A program made the position numbers and the translations under genes. DNA of 64,000 nt from Paragordius varius (lineage: Eukaryota > Animalia > Nematomorpha). The stretch lies in the NCBI GenBank assembly GCA_964247055.1, contig OZ176055.1:10049836-10113835 (forward strand), in the 5' to 3' direction. Below are positions 62,033-64,000 of this stretch, piece after piece (within the stretch, counting starts at the first letter, position 1; each line of letters opens with the position of its first letter). The notes below the pieces were generated by a model that was given only the letters and a program-made list of their open reading frames with translations, was not told the DNA's origin and did no database searches.

Positions 62033-64000
62033 GGGAAGGGTTGGTTTAGGGTTAGGGTTAGGGTTAGGGTTAGGGCTTGGTTTAGGGTTAGGGTTAGGGT
62101 TAGGGCTAGGGTTAGGGTTAGGGTTAGGGTTAGGGTTAGGGTTAGGGTTAGGGTTAGGGTTAGGGTTAGGGTTAGGGTTAGGGTTAGGGTTAGGGTTAGG
62201 GTTAGGGTTAGGGTTAGGGTTAGGGTTAGGGTTAGGGTTAGGGTTAGGGTTAGGGTTAGGGTTAGGGTTAGGGTTAGGGTTAGGGTTAGGGTTAGGGTTA
62301 GGGTTAGGGTTAGGGTTAGGGTTAGGGTTAGGGTTAGGGTTAGGGTTAGGGTTAGGGTTAGGGTTAGGGTTAGGGTTAGGGTTAGGGTTAGGGTTAGGGT
62401 TAGGGTTAGGGTTAGGGTTAGGGTTAGGGTTAGGGTTAGGGTTAGGGTTAGGGTTAGGGTTAGGGTTAGGGTTAGGGTTAGGGTTAGGGTTAGGGTTAGG
62501 GTTAGGGTTAGGGTTAGGGTTAGGGTTAGGGTTAGGGTTAGGGTTAGGGTTAGGGTTAGGGTTAGGGTTAGGGTTAGGGTTAGGGTTAGGGTTAGGGTTA
62601 GGGTTAGGGTTAGGGTTAGGGTTAGGGTTAGGGTTAGGGTTAGGGTTAGGGTTAGGGTTAGGGTTAGGGTTAGGGTTAGGGTTAGGGTTAGGGTTAGGGT
62701 TAGGGTTAGGGTTAGGGTTAGGGTTAGGGTTAGGGTTAGGGTTAGGGTTAGGGTTAGGGTTAGGGTTAGGGTTAGGGTTAGGGTTAGGGTTAGGGTTAGG
62801 GTTAGGGTTAGGGTTAGGGTTAGGGTTAGGGTTAGGGTTAGGGTTAGGGTTAGGGTTAGGGTTAGGGTTAGGGTTAGGGTTAGGGTTAGGGTTAGGGTTA
62901 GGGTTAGGGTTAGGGTTAGGGTTAGGGTTAGGGTTAGGGTTAGGGTTAGGGTTAGGGTTAGGGTTAGGGTTAGGGTTAGGGTTAGGGTTAGGGTTAGGGT
63001 TAGGGTTAGGGTTAGGGTTAGGGTTAGGGTTAGGGTTAGGGTTAGGGTTAGGGTTAGGGTTAGGGTTAGGGTTAGGGTTAGGGTTAGGGTTAGGGTTAGG
63101 GTTAGGGTTAGGGTTAGGGTTAGGGTTAGGGTTAGGGTTAGGGTTAGGGTTAGGGTTAGGGTTAGGGTTAGGGTTAGGGTTAGGGTTAGGGTTAGGGTTA
63201 GGGTTAGGGTTAGGGTTAGGGTTAGGGTTAGGGTTAGGGTTAGGGTTAGGGTTAGGGTTAGGGTTAGGGTTAGGGTTAGGGTTAGGGTTAGGGTTAGGGT
63301 TAGGGTTAGGGTTAGGGTTAGGGTTAGGGTTAGGGTTAGGGTTAGGGTTAGGGTTAGGGTTAGGGTTAGGGTTAGGGTTAGGGTTAGGGTTAGGGTTAGG
63401 GTTAGGGTTAGGGTTAGGGTTAGGGTTAGGGTTAGGGTTAGGGTTAGGGTTAGGGTTAGGGTTAGGGTTAGGGTTAGGGTTAGGGTTAGGGTTAGGGTTA
63501 GGGTTAGGGTTAGGGTTAGGGTTAGGGTTAGGGTTAGGGTTAGGGTTAGGGTTAGGGTTAGGGTTAGGGTTAGGGTTAGGGTTAGGGTTAGGGTTAGGGT
63601 TAGGGTTAGGGTTAGGGTTAGGGTTAGGGTTAGGGTTAGGGTTAGGGTTAGGGTTAGGGTTAGGGTTAGGGTTAGGGTTAGGGTTAGGGTTAGGGTTAGG
63701 GTTAGGGTTAGGGTTAGGGTTAGGGTTAGGGTTAGGGTTAGGGTTAGGGTTAGGGTTAGGGTTAGGGTTAGGGTTAGGGTTAGGGTTAGGGTTAGGGTTA
63801 GGGTTAGGGTTAGGGTTAGGGTTAGGGTTAGGGTTAGGGTTAGGGTTAGGGTTAGGGTTAGGGTTAGGGTTAGGGTTAGGGTTAGGGTTAGGGTTAGGGT
63901 TAGGGTTAGGGTTAGGGTTAGGGTTAGGGTTAGGGTTAGGGTTAGGGTTAGGGTTAGGGTTAGGGTTAGGGTTAGGGTTAGGGTTAGGGTTAGGGTTAGG
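62033..64000 (+). repeat. Telomere (TTAGGG)n, right chromosome end
   Basis: Variant repeats (GGGAAGGG, CTTGGTTTAGGG, CTAGGG) up to ~62110, then pure TTAGGG to the window end. Confidence 0.99.

Overview
Very AT-rich eukaryotic (animal, probably invertebrate; species cannot be fixed from sequence alone) chromosome end, with the G-rich telomere strand (TTAGGG)n running to the right edge. Left to right: an intronless rhodopsin-type peptide GPCR (minus); a decayed minimal hammerhead ribozyme; an 11.5-kb array of about 100 copies of a 113-114-bp hairpin-forming satellite; a hAT element with a perfect 8-bp TSD carrying a Helitron 3' end; a complete multi-exon AUH-like enoyl-CoA hydratase gene (minus); and a ~13-kb tandem segmental duplication. 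The duplication carries two apparently intact astacin-EGF-CUB metalloprotease genes and a 5'-only AUH copy, and is peppered with Tc1/mariner-type and piggyBac-type MITEs. The most notable feature follows: a full-length, single-ORF, three-zinc-finger RT/restriction-like-endonuclease non-LTR retrotransposon inserted site-specifically into the branch-point recognition sequence of a U2 snRNA gene (Utopia-type), with both junctions readable. A hAT-like element sits inside the proximal telomeric repeats. All calls were made by eye; no database searches were run.
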